Source of the DNA: Clostridia bacterium
Lineage (GTDB): Bacteria; Bacillota; Clostridia; UMGS1883
DNA length: 64,000 bases
Direction of reading: 5' to 3'
Assembly (NCBI GenBank): GCA_051866635.1
Contig: JBJDXJ010000052.1
Coordinates: forward strand, 30,440-94,439
Below the pieces are notes generated by a model. That model ran no database searches, had not been told where the DNA came from, and saw nothing but the letters and a program-made list of their open reading frames with translations. Each line of letters starts with the position of its first letter. The first letter of the stretch is position 1. This document shows, piece by piece, positions 1 to 9,508 of this stretch. The position numbers and the translations under genes were made by a program.

Positions 1-187
1 GTAATATTATAAAAGCAAAAGGGCAAGCAATATCGGGTGCTTCAATTGCACTGATGTGGGAGCGACTGACATGTGCCGGTGCGGCAAGTTTCTCTTGCGA
101 TAAACCTCTCATTTTTCTAATGGTTGATATTGCAATACCCAATTGTATAAATCTATCACGGTTTTTAAAACTGACTACACCACTCAT
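1..187 (-). CDS. XRE-family helix-turn-helix regulator (runs off the window edge; possibly degenerate at its 3' end)
   Basis: Translated by hand: MSGVVSFKNRDRFIQLGIAISTIRKMRGLSQEKLAAPAHVSRSHISAIEAP..., an HTH_3-type pattern; GGAAGGTG RBS upstream; not in the ORF track. Confidence 0.75.
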   Translation of the reverse strand, partial: MSGVVSFKNRDRFIQLGIAISTIRKMRGLSQEKLAAPAHVSRSHISAIEAPDIACPFAFIIL

Positions 188-226
188 TCCTGTTCACCTT
201 CCTTTTACATGATATTATACTTTGTT

Positions 227-475
227 TTAAATATTTATATCAAGTCCTTTAAAAAAGTCGTCGTAAGAACAATTGTAGATTTTCTTTAATTCAATAATAA
301 CACTTGCTCTGATATTAAGCTCGCCGGCTTCGTATTTTGCATAAGTGCTTCTTCCGATATCACAACCTCGTCGCTGAAGTTCGGCACAGAGTTTTTCTTG
401 CGATATATCGTTGTCAAGTCTTAGTTTTCTTAAATTGTCACCCATATTACGATCACGTCGGATTTTCTGTTCCAT
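227..475 (-). CDS. XRE-family transcriptional regulator
   Basis: LRKLRLDNDISQEKLC...STYAKYEAGE HTH_3 pattern. Confidence 0.85.
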   Translation of the reverse strand: MEQKIRRDRNMGDNLRKLRLDNDISQEKLCAELQRRGCDIGRSTYAKYEAGELNIRASVIIELKKIYNCSYDDFFKGLDINI

Positions 476-505
476 ACATTACACCCCACATTTGCACAGT
501 CTTTT

Positions 506-1171
506 TTAGTCAATCAAGCCATGGTCAAGCATGGAATAAGATTTTCCGTTGGCAACTATAATATGGTCAAGCAAGCCCACTTCTATTGTTGTAAGCATAC
601 CATATATTCGTTTTGTTAAGGCTATGTCAGCCTGGGAAGGTGACAGCGTACCACCGGGATGATTATGTACTAAAATAACCTTTGATGCATTGTTTCGGAG
701 AACACATTCAGCAATCTTTCTTACGCTGACATTTGTTTTATCAACTGTGCCTTCTTCCACAATTTCAAAATTAATAAGTTTACGCTGAGCGTCAAGGCAG
801 ATTATTCCAAAAATTTCAGTAGTGCGATTTCCGACTTTCTTAATTGCATATTCCCCTGCAACAGTTGTGTCGGGGATATATGGTATCCCTGTGGCGTGGC
901 TTTGGGTATAATAATTCAAAAAGGACGGGAACATTTTTAAAAGAGCAACAGTGTTTTCTGTTAAGCCGAACTTAACAAGGTCTTCACGGTTGGCATCAAG
1001 TACACCATGAAAACTGCCGAAGCGTTGTATAAGACTGTGTGCAAGAGCGTTGGTATCCTTTCTGGGAATAGTGAAATACAAAATCATTTCCAAGGCTTCA
1101 TGAGGTTCAAAGCTGTCAATGCCTTCGTTGTAAAACCTTTCACGCATTCTTTGTCTGTGTCCTTCTGCCAT
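506..1171 (-). CDS. radC: RadC-family JAB-domain protein
   Basis: N-terminal GHRQRMRERF, HhH region and JAMM motif HNHPGG-x4-S-x2-D, LLDHIIV. Confidence 0.92.
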   Translation of the reverse strand: MAEGHRQRMRERFYNEGIDSFEPHEALEMILYFTIPRKDTNALAHSLIQRFGSFHGVLDANREDLVKFGLTENTVALLKMFPSFLNYYTQSHATGIPYIPDTTVAGEYAIKKVGNRTTEIFGIICLDAQRKLINFEIVEEGTVDKTNVSVRKIAECVLRNNASKVILVHNHPGGTLSPSQADIALTKRIYGMLTTIEVGLLDHIIVANGKSYSMLDHGLID

Positions 1172-1333
1172 CTATATCTCTCCTCTGTTATACTGTATCT
1201 ATTATACAAAAAAATATAAATTACGTCAATGTTTTTGAAATTTATTGACTTTTAAGATGATAAATAATATGATTATTCCTGTATTATGCAACTTTTCTTA
1301 AATTTGGGAAGTATTATATATAGGTGATAAAAA

Positions 1334-2158
1334 ATGGTTAAACTTAAGAAAAAATATATTTTAGCTATATTTATAGCTGTTATAGCAATTGTAAGCGGAA
1401 TTATGATTTATGTTGGCAACAGTGCGGTGGGAATTACCCAATATGAAATATCAGATAAAAAAATACCCGAAAGTTTTTCAAACTTTCGTATTGCTCAGAT
1501 TTCAGATTTGCACAACACTGACAATAACGAAAAAATAATAGGAAAGCTTAAAAGCGTGAAGCCTGACATAATAGTGATAACAGGTGACATGATTGATGCC
1601 AGAAACACAAAGGTTTCTGTTGCTTTGGATTTTACTGAACGTGCTGTAAAAATCGCACCTGTATATTATGTGACAGGTAATCACGAAGCCAGAAGAATAA
1701 CACAATACAATTTTTTAAAGGAAGGTCTAATTGATTTGGGCGTTAGCGTTATGGAAAACACTGTAACGGAAATTGAAAAAAACGGTGAAAAAATTACACT
1801 GATAGGTTTACATGATACAGGTTTTGATTTTAATACAGGTATTGACTACTCCTTAAAGTCAGTGTTGCCTGATAATGAAAGCTACAAAATACTTCTTGCC
1901 CACAGACCTGAATACTTTGAAAAATACAAAGGTGTGGACCTTGTTTTTTCAGGTCATGCCCACGGAGGACAGGTAAGGCTACCATTTATAGGCGGGCTTT
2001 TTGCACCGGGACAAGGAATTTTTCCAAAGTATGACGGTGGCGTTTACCAAGACGGTGACTTGACAATGGTTGTAAGTAGAGGCTTAGGAAACAGCCTTTT
2101 TCCATTCAGGGTGAACAATAACCCTGAAATAGTTGTTGTAACATTAAAAAGGGGATGA
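1334..2158 (+). CDS. Metallophosphoesterase (YkuE-like) with N-terminal membrane anchor
   Basis: SDLH, TGD, GNHE, AHRP and SGHAHGGQ calcineurin-like motifs. Confidence 0.9.
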   Translation: MVKLKKKYILAIFIAVIAIVSGIMIYVGNSAVGITQYEISDKKIPESFSNFRIAQISDLHNTDNNEKIIGKLKSVKPDIIVITGDMIDARNTKVSVALDFTERAVKIAPVYYVTGNHEARRITQYNFLKEGLIDLGVSVMENTVTEIEKNGEKITLIGLHDTGFDFNTGIDYSLKSVLPDNESYKILLAHRPEYFEKYKGVDLVFSGHAHGGQVRLPFIGGLFAPGQGIFPKYDGGVYQDGDLTMVVSRGLGNSLFPFRVNNNPEIVVVTLKRG

Positions 2159-2163
2159 AGTAA

Positions 2164-2748
2164 ATGAGAAAATTATTATTGATTTTTATGTGCCTTGTGC
2201 TTTCAGGCTGTGGTAAAAATGTAGCCATTATAGGAGGAAGTGACGGACCCACAAGTATTTATATTTCCGATAATGAAAATACAGATATAACTCCTGTAAA
2301 AATGATAAAGGTTGACGGAAGTCTGTATTATGAAAGCGGCAAGGTCAGCAATTTAACCGCCCGTTGCGGTACAATGGACGGAAATCTTACAAAAACCGTA
2401 GGCGAATTTGAAATACCGAAAAATGACAATGAATGTAATTTTGAAGGCTCCACAGGTTATCAAAATGTAACAGACACCACAAAAGAATTACCAATAGATG
2501 ATACTTGGGTAGTTTTCAAAAAAATTGTTGATGATGAAATGGATTTTAGTCAATATACCTATTGTGTAAAAGTTAAGGGCAGACACCCAAATGCCGCTTG
2601 TGATAGCGAATATATTGTGCTTTCAAAGGATTTGGATATAACATTTCAAAAGATTGAAAAGCATTTGTTTTCATCCTTGTTAAGTGACAGTTTAGATGTT
2701 TATCTTATACCTGTACTTGATGAAGAAGACAGTTCTGTTATTGAATAA
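2164..2748 (+). CDS. Putative lipoprotein of unknown function
   Basis: Signal peptide with lipobox LSGC followed by IIGGSDGPTSIYI; 5 bp downstream of the preceding gene. Confidence 0.7.
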   Translation: MRKLLLIFMCLVLSGCGKNVAIIGGSDGPTSIYISDNENTDITPVKMIKVDGSLYYESGKVSNLTARCGTMDGNLTKTVGEFEIPKNDNECNFEGSTGYQNVTDTTKELPIDDTWVVFKKIVDDEMDFSQYTYCVKVKGRHPNAACDSEYIVLSKDLDITFQKIEKHLFSSLLSDSLDVYLIPVLDEEDSSVIE

Positions 2749-3793
2749 TTCCGCCGCCCACAACAATGTCACCATCATATAAAACTACTGACTGACCTTT
2801 TGTTATGGCACGCTGAGGCGTATCAAATACCACCTTTATTGTATCTTCGTCAAGCTGTGTTACAGTGGCAAATTGTTCTTTATGGCGATAACGGACTTTA
2901 GCTTTAACACGCATAGGTTCATTTATTTTGTCTACGGAAACAAGATTGATGTTTTTTGCAATAAGCGTATCTGTAAAAAGGTCATCATTTGAGCCTAATA
3001 TAACTTTGTTTTCTTCTATGTCCACCTTTACTACATATAAAGGGGCAGAGTAGGCAATACCTAAACCTTTCCTTTGACCTACTGTGTAACGGATTATGCC
3101 CTTATGCTTGCCTAAAACTTCACCGCCCACTGTTACAAAATCTCCCGGAGGGTATTTCTTTTTCTGTGTGCGTTCGATAAAATCATAATACATTTCGTTC
3201 TTTACAAAGCAAATATCCTGGCTGTCTCCTTTGTCTGCATTGACAAAGCCTGCTTCTTCAGCGAGCATCCTTGTTTCCTCCTTTGTCATAGAACCTAAAG
3301 GAAAGATTGCACGGGAGAGCTGTTTTTGTGTAAGTGAATAAAGAACGTAGCTTTGGTCCTTGGAGTCATCAAGGGCCTTTTTTAATATAAATCTGCCGTT
3401 TTCTTCGTTCTTTTCAATACGTGCATAATGTCCCGTTGCAACTTTGTCACAACCCATTTTTTCCCCTTCATTAAATAACCTTTCAAATTTCATGTAACGG
3501 TTACAGTCGACACAAGGATTGGGGGTCATTCCGTTTTCATATGCATAAATAAACTTGTCTATTACATTTTCCTGAAAGCCTTGTGCAAAATCTTTCACGA
3601 AATAGGGTATTGACAAGCTGTCTGCAACGCTTTGTGCATCTTCAATATCTTTCTTAGTACAGCATGCAGGCTCGCTGTCACCGTCAAAAAGCTTCATAGT
3701 TATGCCAAGGCAATCATAGCCTTTCTTTTTCATTAAAAGAGCAACAACAGAGGAATCAACGCCGCCACTCATTGCTATAAGCACTTTAGTCAT
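2738..3793 (-). CDS. mnmA: tRNA 2-thiouridine(34) synthase MnmA
   Basis: AMSGGVDSSV PP-loop, PNPCVDCN, ATGHYAR, KDQSY, SQDICF, YTVGQRKGLG. Confidence 0.97.
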   Translation of the reverse strand: MTKVLIAMSGGVDSSVVALLMKKKGYDCLGITMKLFDGDSEPACCTKKDIEDAQSVADSLSIPYFVKDFAQGFQENVIDKFIYAYENGMTPNPCVDCNRYMKFERLFNEGEKMGCDKVATGHYARIEKNEENGRFILKKALDDSKDQSYVLYSLTQKQLSRAIFPLGSMTKEETRMLAEEAGFVNADKGDSQDICFVKNEMYYDFIERTQKKKYPPGDFVTVGGEVLGKHKGIIRYTVGQRKGLGIAYSAPLYVVKVDIEENKVILGSNDDLFTDTLIAKNINLVSVDKINEPMRVKAKVRYRHKEQFATVTQLDEDTIKVVFDTPQRAITKGQSVVLYDGDIVVGGGIIQ

Positions 3794-3797
3794 ATCT

Positions 3798-4808
3798 CTA
3801 TCTCCTCACATCTCCACGTGCAGTTACTATGCGGTAGCCGACACTTTCTACACGTTTTTCAAGGCAAATACGGCACTCTGCCGCTTCGTCACCTGTACAG
3901 ATTTTGTTTTCATATAAAGCATAGAGCTTTCTTACCCGCAGGGGAGAAAGGTTCGGCATTACAACATTTGCCCCTGCCTTTAAGCCTAATTCCCGCCCTT
4001 GGGGATGTATTGTGCCAAGGGCTGTTGTGGCAGGGATAAGTGCATAGGGGAATAGTAACCTTAGTATTGCAACCATACGCAGTGTTAATTCCAGCTTTCC
4101 GCTTTCATACTCTGCAAAGGGAGTTTCTTTATGTGTTATATAAGGACCTATGCCTATCATATCGGGAGAAAGGTCCTGTAAAAATCTTAAATCCGAAACT
4201 AAGTTTTCGGTAGTCTGGAAAGGTGAACCCACCATAAAACCGCTTCCTACCTGATATCCTATATCCTTTAAGTCATACAAACAGCGTTTTCTTACATCAA
4301 GGCTCATTTCTTTTGGGTGAAGTTTGCCGTAATGACATTCATCCGCTGTTTCATGACGGAGTAAATAACGATTTGCCCCTGCGTTGAAGTAGGCTTTGTA
4401 GCTTTCTTTACTCTTTTCACCGATTGACAGAGTTATTGCACATTCGGGATACTTTTCACGGATGGCAGAAACTATTTCACATATTTTATCATCTGTAAAA
4501 AAGTTATCTTCGCCGCCCTGAAGCACAAAAGTTCTGAAGCCTAAGGAGTAACCTTCTTTTGAGCATTCAAGTATTTCTTCTTTTGTCAGGCGGTAACGAA
4601 TTGCATTTTTATTGCCTGCACGTATTCCACAGTAATAGCAGTTGTTTTTACAGTAGTTTGTAAATTCAATAAGTCCGCGGATGTAAACGTCGGTGCCGTA
4701 ATGTTCTCTGCGGATATTATCTGCTTGTAAAAACAGCTCACTGTCGTATTTATCTGTATTTATTAAGTTTATTAATTCATCATTTGTAAGGTTTTTAATA
4801 TTAATCAC
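3798..4808 (-). CDS. hydE: [FeFe]-hydrogenase maturation radical SAM protein HydE (HydE/PylB family)
   Basis: RGLIEFTNYCKNNCYYCG, GSGFMVGSP, DMIGIGP, PATTAL, GANVVMPNLSP, YALYENK; GTG start with AAGGAG RBS. Confidence 0.88.
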   Translation of the reverse strand: MINIKNLTNDELINLINTDKYDSELFLQADNIRREHYGTDVYIRGLIEFTNYCKNNCYYCGIRAGNKNAIRYRLTKEEILECSKEGYSLGFRTFVLQGGEDNFFTDDKICEIVSAIREKYPECAITLSIGEKSKESYKAYFNAGANRYLLRHETADECHYGKLHPKEMSLDVRKRCLYDLKDIGYQVGSGFMVGSPFQTTENLVSDLRFLQDLSPDMIGIGPYITHKETPFAEYESGKLELTLRMVAILRLLFPYALIPATTALGTIHPQGRELGLKAGANVVMPNLSPLRVRKLYALYENKICTGDEAAECRICLEKRVESVGYRIVTARGDVRR

Positions 4809-5577
4809 TGTTATTTCTCCTTATAGAAATTCCAACCCTGTCTGCGTTTGGGAAAGTTTTTCTGTATTGTGTGGGGGTAACACCCTCATGTTTTTTGAAA
4901 ATTTTGAAAAACGCCTTACTGTCTGTAAAGCCACACTGCCTTGCAACCTCGTCTATTGGAAGGTGGGAACAGAGTAATATCTGTTTGGCACTTGCAATGC
5001 GGCAGAAGGTAATATAGCTTTTTGCACTTTTGCCTGTTTTGTCCCTGACTTTTGCCGAAATGTAGTCAGGGCTGTAGCCAAACTCACGGGCAATAGAAGT
5101 AACATTAATGTTTTCTGAAAAGTGCTTTTCAATCCATTTACAAATCTCGCTTCCTAACAAAAGGTGAGGGTTGTTATTTCCTGAAATTTCGTTCTGTATT
5201 CCATGTATAAGAAGTGTTGTGGCACAATCGGCATCAGAGCCTTTTATATATGCGAAATGAAACACCTGTCTGAAAAGCTGAATAGCCTGAGTGGAATTAT
5301 CTAAATGATAAATAAGGGGGATGGAGATTTCTTCGTCTGTCAAAAAATGCACCCAGTAAAATTCCACCTTTTCTTCGCTTTCACGCCACCCGTAATGGAG
5401 GCGGTTTGCCGGGAGGAAAACAAGGTCATTTTCCTTTACTGTGAGCTTTTCATCTTCAAAAGACAGGTACATTGTACCCTTACGCATTAATATAAGCTCG
5501 TTAAAACGCATAACCCGTCTCATGTGTATGAAATTTTTCTCAAACTGAAATTTGCCGCATTCATCAAACATTATCAC
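4801..5577 (-). CDS. AraC-family transcriptional regulator (cupin + double HTH)
   Basis: FYWVHF cupin motif and C-terminal VARQCGFTDSKAFFKIFKKHEGVTPTQYR. Start moved to GTG 5577 (AAGGTGG RBS) because the 5742 start would overlap the divergent gene. Confidence 0.88.
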   Translation of the reverse strand: MIMFDECGKFQFEKNFIHMRRVMRFNELILMRKGTMYLSFEDEKLTVKENDLVFLPANRLHYGWRESEEKVEFYWVHFLTDEEISIPLIYHLDNSTQAIQLFRQVFHFAYIKGSDADCATTLLIHGIQNEISGNNNPHLLLGSEICKWIEKHFSENINVTSIAREFGYSPDYISAKVRDKTGKSAKSYITFCRIASAKQILLCSHLPIDEVARQCGFTDSKAFFKIFKKHEGVTPTQYRKTFPNADRVGISIRRNNSD

Positions 5578-5638
5578 GGATTTTGCCACCTTTATCACGG
5601 AAATATGGATTGCACTATTACATAATTGAGTGTAATCT
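5571..5638 (+). promoter_or_regulatory. Putative AraC-type operator (two TTATCACGGA repeats, 21-bp period) abutting a TTGCAC-17-TAATCT promoter for the glycoside hydrolase
   Basis: Exact 10-mers at 5571-5580 and 5592-5601; -35-like hexamer at 5610-5615. Confidence 0.55.
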
Positions 5639-5688
5639 ATAAGTAGTTTAACATATTTGATAATATAAGTAAAGGAGAAAATGAAAAA

Positions 5689-8364
5689 ATGAAAAAACGG
5701 ATTTTGGCACTTGCTGCGGCAGGCATTATCCTGTGCGGTCAATTTACTGCATACGCCAAAGATTATGCAAATTGCTCCTTATCTGTTGAAAACGGGGAAG
5801 CAAAAGCATCTTTTCACGTTGAAAGTGATGAAGAAAATCTTATGGCATCAATTATTGTAAAGGATGATGAAAATAACATCAAATCAATTGAAACAGAAGT
5901 ATTTGACGGAAAAGACAAAACAGATTTTTCAATTAAAACAGTTATTCCGTCTGAGAAAGGATTAAGCATAAAAACTATGCTGTGGAACAAGTTTATGAAC
6001 CCTTTAATATACGGTAAAACAATTGTGTACGAGAACAATCCTTCAAAAGGTTTTGTTGACATGAACAATGTAACATTAAACGACGGTATGTTTAAAACAA
6101 GTCAAGATTTGGGTCTTGATTATGTACTTAGCATGGACGTTGACAGACTTCTTGCTCCAAGTTTTGAAATGGCGGGCTTACCTACACCAAACGGTAAAGT
6201 GCGTTACGGCGGATGGGAAAAGAAAGGTGCAAGTAACTGGGGCTGGTCGGCTGACACATTTACATTGGCAGGTCATACTTTAGGTCACTGGATGAGTGCG
6301 GCATCCGTTATGTACGCCTCAACCAAAGATGAAGAAGTTAAATCCCGGCTTGATTATGCCGTTTCACAGCTTGGATATATACAGGAAACCACAAAAAGCG
6401 GATATATAGGCGGCTGCAATGAAGAATGTTTTACAAAGCTTTTCAGCGGAAATACAAGTTCATGGGCAAATAATTACTGGGTGCCATGGTACGGCATACA
6501 TAAAATTTATCAGGGACTTATTGATGCTTACGAATATACAGGAAATTATGAGGCATTAAATGTTTGCACTAACTTTGCCGACTGGGCTATGGATGGCTTA
6601 AATAAGCTGACAGACAGCCAAGTTCAGACGATGTTAAATGTGGAATACGGTGGCATGAATGACGTTTTTGCCCGTCTTTACAAATTGACAGGCAGAAAAG
6701 AATATTTAACTACTGCAAGGCGTTTTACACATGATAACATATTAAACCCCTTAATTAACGAACAGGACGCACTTTCAGGCTTACATGCAAATACACAGAT
6801 ACCCAAAATTATAGGTGCGGCTGAAATTTTTGAAAATGACAGTGTAACCTATCAGAATTACGGTAAAGCCGCAAAGTTTTTCTGGGACAGAGTTGTAAAC
6901 ACACGTTCTTATGTAATAGGCGGTAACAGCGTTTCAGAACATTTCGAGGCAATAGGTCTTGAATCACTTCATCACAAAACTGCGGAAAGCTGTAATACAT
7001 ATAATATGTTAAAGCTGACAGAGCATCTTTATAATTGGGAACATAAATCCGAATACATGGACTTTTATGAAAAAGCTCTCTACAACCACATTTTAGGTTC
7101 ACAGGACCCTGAAACGGGAAATAAAATGTACTTTGTGTCACTTCTGCAGGGTCATTACCGTATTTACGGAACAATGCATGATTCTTTCTGGTGCTGTACA
7201 GGTACAGGTATGGAAAACCCGGGCAGATATTCAAAGTGTATCTACTATAAAGATAATAACGATTTGTATATTAACCTTTATATTCCTTCAACTGTTACAT
7301 GGGAGGAAAAGAATCTTACACTTACTCAAGAGACTAGCTATCCTTACGAGGACAAAATTCGTATTACAATAGCTGACGGAGAAGCTGATGCCACACTTAA
7401 ATTCCGTGTTCCCTCTTGGGCAAAGACAGGTGCAACTGCTACATATAATGGTGAAGTTTATACAAAGAACAGTGCAGGATACCTTGAAATTACAAACAGC
7501 TTTAAAAAGGGTGATGTAATCGAGCTTACAATACCTATGGAGCTTGAAATTTATAATTCAAGAACGGCTAATCAGGTTGCATTTACATACGGTCCTGTTG
7601 TTCTTGCGGCACCCTTGGGAACAGAAAACTTTCCAAATGATACTGTTGAAAAGGAAACAGGCTTAGATACCACAACTACAGATGTCCCGTTTATCGTTTA
7701 TGAAGGTGACAACATAAATGAGCTTATAGAAATGGTTGAGAGTGAAGGTCTTACATTTAAACTTAAGGGCGAATATATGTCAGAAGGGGAAGATGTTTTG
7801 TTAAAGCCCTTCTACGAAATACACCACCAGTTCCATAATGTTTACTGGAACATGAACATGGCGGGGGATTTGTTCTTAAAGAGACTTAACAATGTGACAA
7901 TCGATCAGGTACAGCCTGACGGTCAGCAGGACGAATTAGGTCATAACCTTGAAACTAATTCTACGGGCACAGGACATAACGGCTCCTTCTCATCGGGCGG
8001 CAATAACTATATGTGGCGTGATGCATGGGGCAGTAGCGACAGTTATTTCTCTTATATGTTAGGTGTTGACAAGGATATAAAGAATTATCTCTGCGTTGCT
8101 TACTGGGGAAGCGATGGTCCTTTCAATAAGAATGGAAAAACTTATACACGTGATTTCTCCATCTATGTTGACGGCGTGAAAATTGCAACACAGGTAATTA
8201 ATAACAATAAGCCGGGTAGTCCCTATTATTGTTATTATGAAATCCCTAAGGAATTGACAAAGGATAAAGAAGCTGTGACTGTAAAGTGGCAGGTTAACGG
8301 CGAAAGCAGTTGTGCAGGCGGTGTTCTGGAAGCACGCATAGTTTCCGAAATTATAGAACAGTAA
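5689..8364 (+). CDS. Secreted GH127/GH146-family beta-L-arabinofuranosidase-like glycoside hydrolase
   Basis: Signal peptide; GHTLGHWMSA, VPWYGIHKIYQGL, EYGGMND, LHANTQIPK, ESCNTYNMLKL, FWCCTGTGMEN motifs. Confidence 0.9.
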   Translation: MKKRILALAAAGIILCGQFTAYAKDYANCSLSVENGEAKASFHVESDEENLMASIIVKDDENNIKSIETEVFDGKDKTDFSIKTVIPSEKGLSIKTMLWNKFMNPLIYGKTIVYENNPSKGFVDMNNVTLNDGMFKTSQDLGLDYVLSMDVDRLLAPSFEMAGLPTPNGKVRYGGWEKKGASNWGWSADTFTLAGHTLGHWMSAASVMYASTKDEEVKSRLDYAVSQLGYIQETTKSGYIGGCNEECFTKLFSGNTSSWANNYWVPWYGIHKIYQGLIDAYEYTGNYEALNVCTNFADWAMDGLNKLTDSQVQTMLNVEYGGMNDVFARLYKLTGRKEYLTTARRFTHDNILNPLINEQDALSGLHANTQIPKIIGAAEIFENDSVTYQNYGKAAKFFWDRVVNTRSYVIGGNSVSEHFEAIGLESLHHKTAESCNTYNMLKLTEHLYNWEHKSEYMDFYEKALYNHILGSQDPETGNKMYFVSLLQGHYRIYGTMHDSFWCCTGTGMENPGRYSKCIYYKDNNDLYINLYIPSTVTWEEKNLTLTQETSYPYEDKIRITIADGEADATLKFRVPSWAKTGATATYNGEVYTKNSAGYLEITNSFKKGDVIELTIPMELEIYNSRTANQVAFTYGPVVLAAPLGTENFPNDTVEKETGLDTTTTDVPFIVYEGDNINELIEMVESEGLTFKLKGEYMSEGEDVLLKPFYEIHHQFHNVYWNMNMAGDLFLKRLNNVTIDQVQPDGQQDELGHNLETNSTGTGHNGSFSSGGNNYMWRDAWGSSDSYFSYMLGVDKDIKNYLCVAYWGSDGPFNKNGKTYTRDFSIYVDGVKIATQVINNNKPGSPYYCYYEIPKELTKDKEAVTVKWQVNGESSCAGGVLEARIVSEIIEQ

Positions 8365-8405
8365 AAAACAGGGGGCGTTGTATTTAAAACGTCCCCTGTT
8401 TTTTT
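8363..8405. terminator. Bidirectional intrinsic terminator between convergent genes
   Basis: AAAAAACAGGGGGCGTT...AACGTCCCCTGTTTTTTT inverted repeat with A/T tracts on both sides. Confidence 0.8.
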
Positions 8406-8578
8406 CAAACAAACTGATTTCTTTCCTCGTTATAACTGTAGCCGATTAAAGAAAGTTTTTTTGTTATTTCATCCATATCCATCTCCAAATCCTCGCAAAG
8501 GGCGTTAAGGGATGGATAGAAGTCACGTAGTTTTGTGTTTATTACACTTAAAAGTATAACAGGGTCATTTGGAAGCAT
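8405..8578 (-). CDS. DUF4250-family small protein (57 aa)
   Basis: Translated by hand: MLPNDPVILLSVINTKLRDFYPSLNALCEDLEMDMDEITKKLSLIGYSYNEERNQFV; AAGGAG RBS; below the ORF-track cutoff. Confidence 0.88.
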   Translation of the reverse strand: MLPNDPVILLSVINTKLRDFYPSLNALCEDLEMDMDEITKKLSLIGYSYNEERNQFV

Positions 8579-8596
8579 TATATTTCTCCTTTGTGT

Positions 8597-9421
8597 TTAT
8601 CTTAAAGATTTCAAAAGTGCAATTTCTTTTGCATATCCGTCAATTTCGTTTGGGGTTTCAAGGTAGAAGGGAAGAACCTTTAACTGCGGGTGGTTTATAA
8701 TTCTTGCAATGGCATCAATGCCAAGACTTCCTTCGCCGATTTTTTCGTGACGGTCTTTGTGGGACTCAAAAACATTTTTGGAATCATTTAAGTGAATTGC
8801 CTTAAGCTTGTCTATGCCTATGATGCGGTCAAATTCCTCCAAGACACCGTCAAGATTATTTACAATGTCATATCCTGCATCGTAAACATGACAGGTGTCA
8901 AGGCATACACATAACTTTTCGTTAAGGTTTGTTTTATCAATAATCTCTTTTAACTCTTCAAAACGACTGCCCACTTCACTGCCTTTTCCTGCCATTGTTT
9001 CAAGCAAAACTGTTGTTTTCATGTCAGGAAACAGTATGCTGTTTAAAAGAGAAGTAATCTGCTCAATGCCCGTTTCAATGCCTTGTCCTACGTGACTTCC
9101 GGGATGAAAATTATACATTGCACCGGGGGTATATTCAAGACGCTTTAAATCGTCCTCCATTGTAATGTGTGCAAACTCACGGATTTTTTCATCTGCGGAA
9201 CATGCATTTAATGTATAGGGTGCATGGGCGAGAATTGGTCCGAAACCGTCTTTTGATTTTTCGTTAAATTCAGCGATATCGTCAAAATCTAAATCTTTGG
9301 CTTTTCCGCCACGGGGGTTACGTGTAAAAAATTGAAAGGTGTTGCCTCCTATGGATAAGGCTTCATCATACATATGGGTATAGCCCTTAGAAGCCGAAAG
9401 ATGTGCACCTATTTTAAACAT
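8597..9421 (-). CDS. nfo: Endonuclease IV
   Basis: [39 protein letters not shown]. Confidence 0.96.
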   Translation of the reverse strand: MFKIGAHLSASKGYTHMYDEALSIGGNTFQFFTRNPRGGKAKDLDFDDIAEFNEKSKDGFGPILAHAPYTLNACSADEKIREFAHITMEDDLKRLEYTPGAMYNFHPGSHVGQGIETGIEQITSLLNSILFPDMKTTVLLETMAGKGSEVGSRFEELKEIIDKTNLNEKLCVCLDTCHVYDAGYDIVNNLDGVLEEFDRIIGIDKLKAIHLNDSKNVFESHKDRHEKIGEGSLGIDAIARIINHPQLKVLPFYLETPNEIDGYAKEIALLKSLR

Positions 9422-9508
9422 GCTTAATCACTCCTTGCAATTATAGTTTTAATCTGTTACAATAAGTATAACACAAAATTAAAATATTGCAACGAAAAGA
9501 GTTTTATT

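Noticed and set aside
5578-5742. N-terminal extension of the AraC ORF in the ORF track
   Set aside because: It overlaps the divergent glycoside hydrolase start and promoter; a better RBS-supported start exists at 5577.
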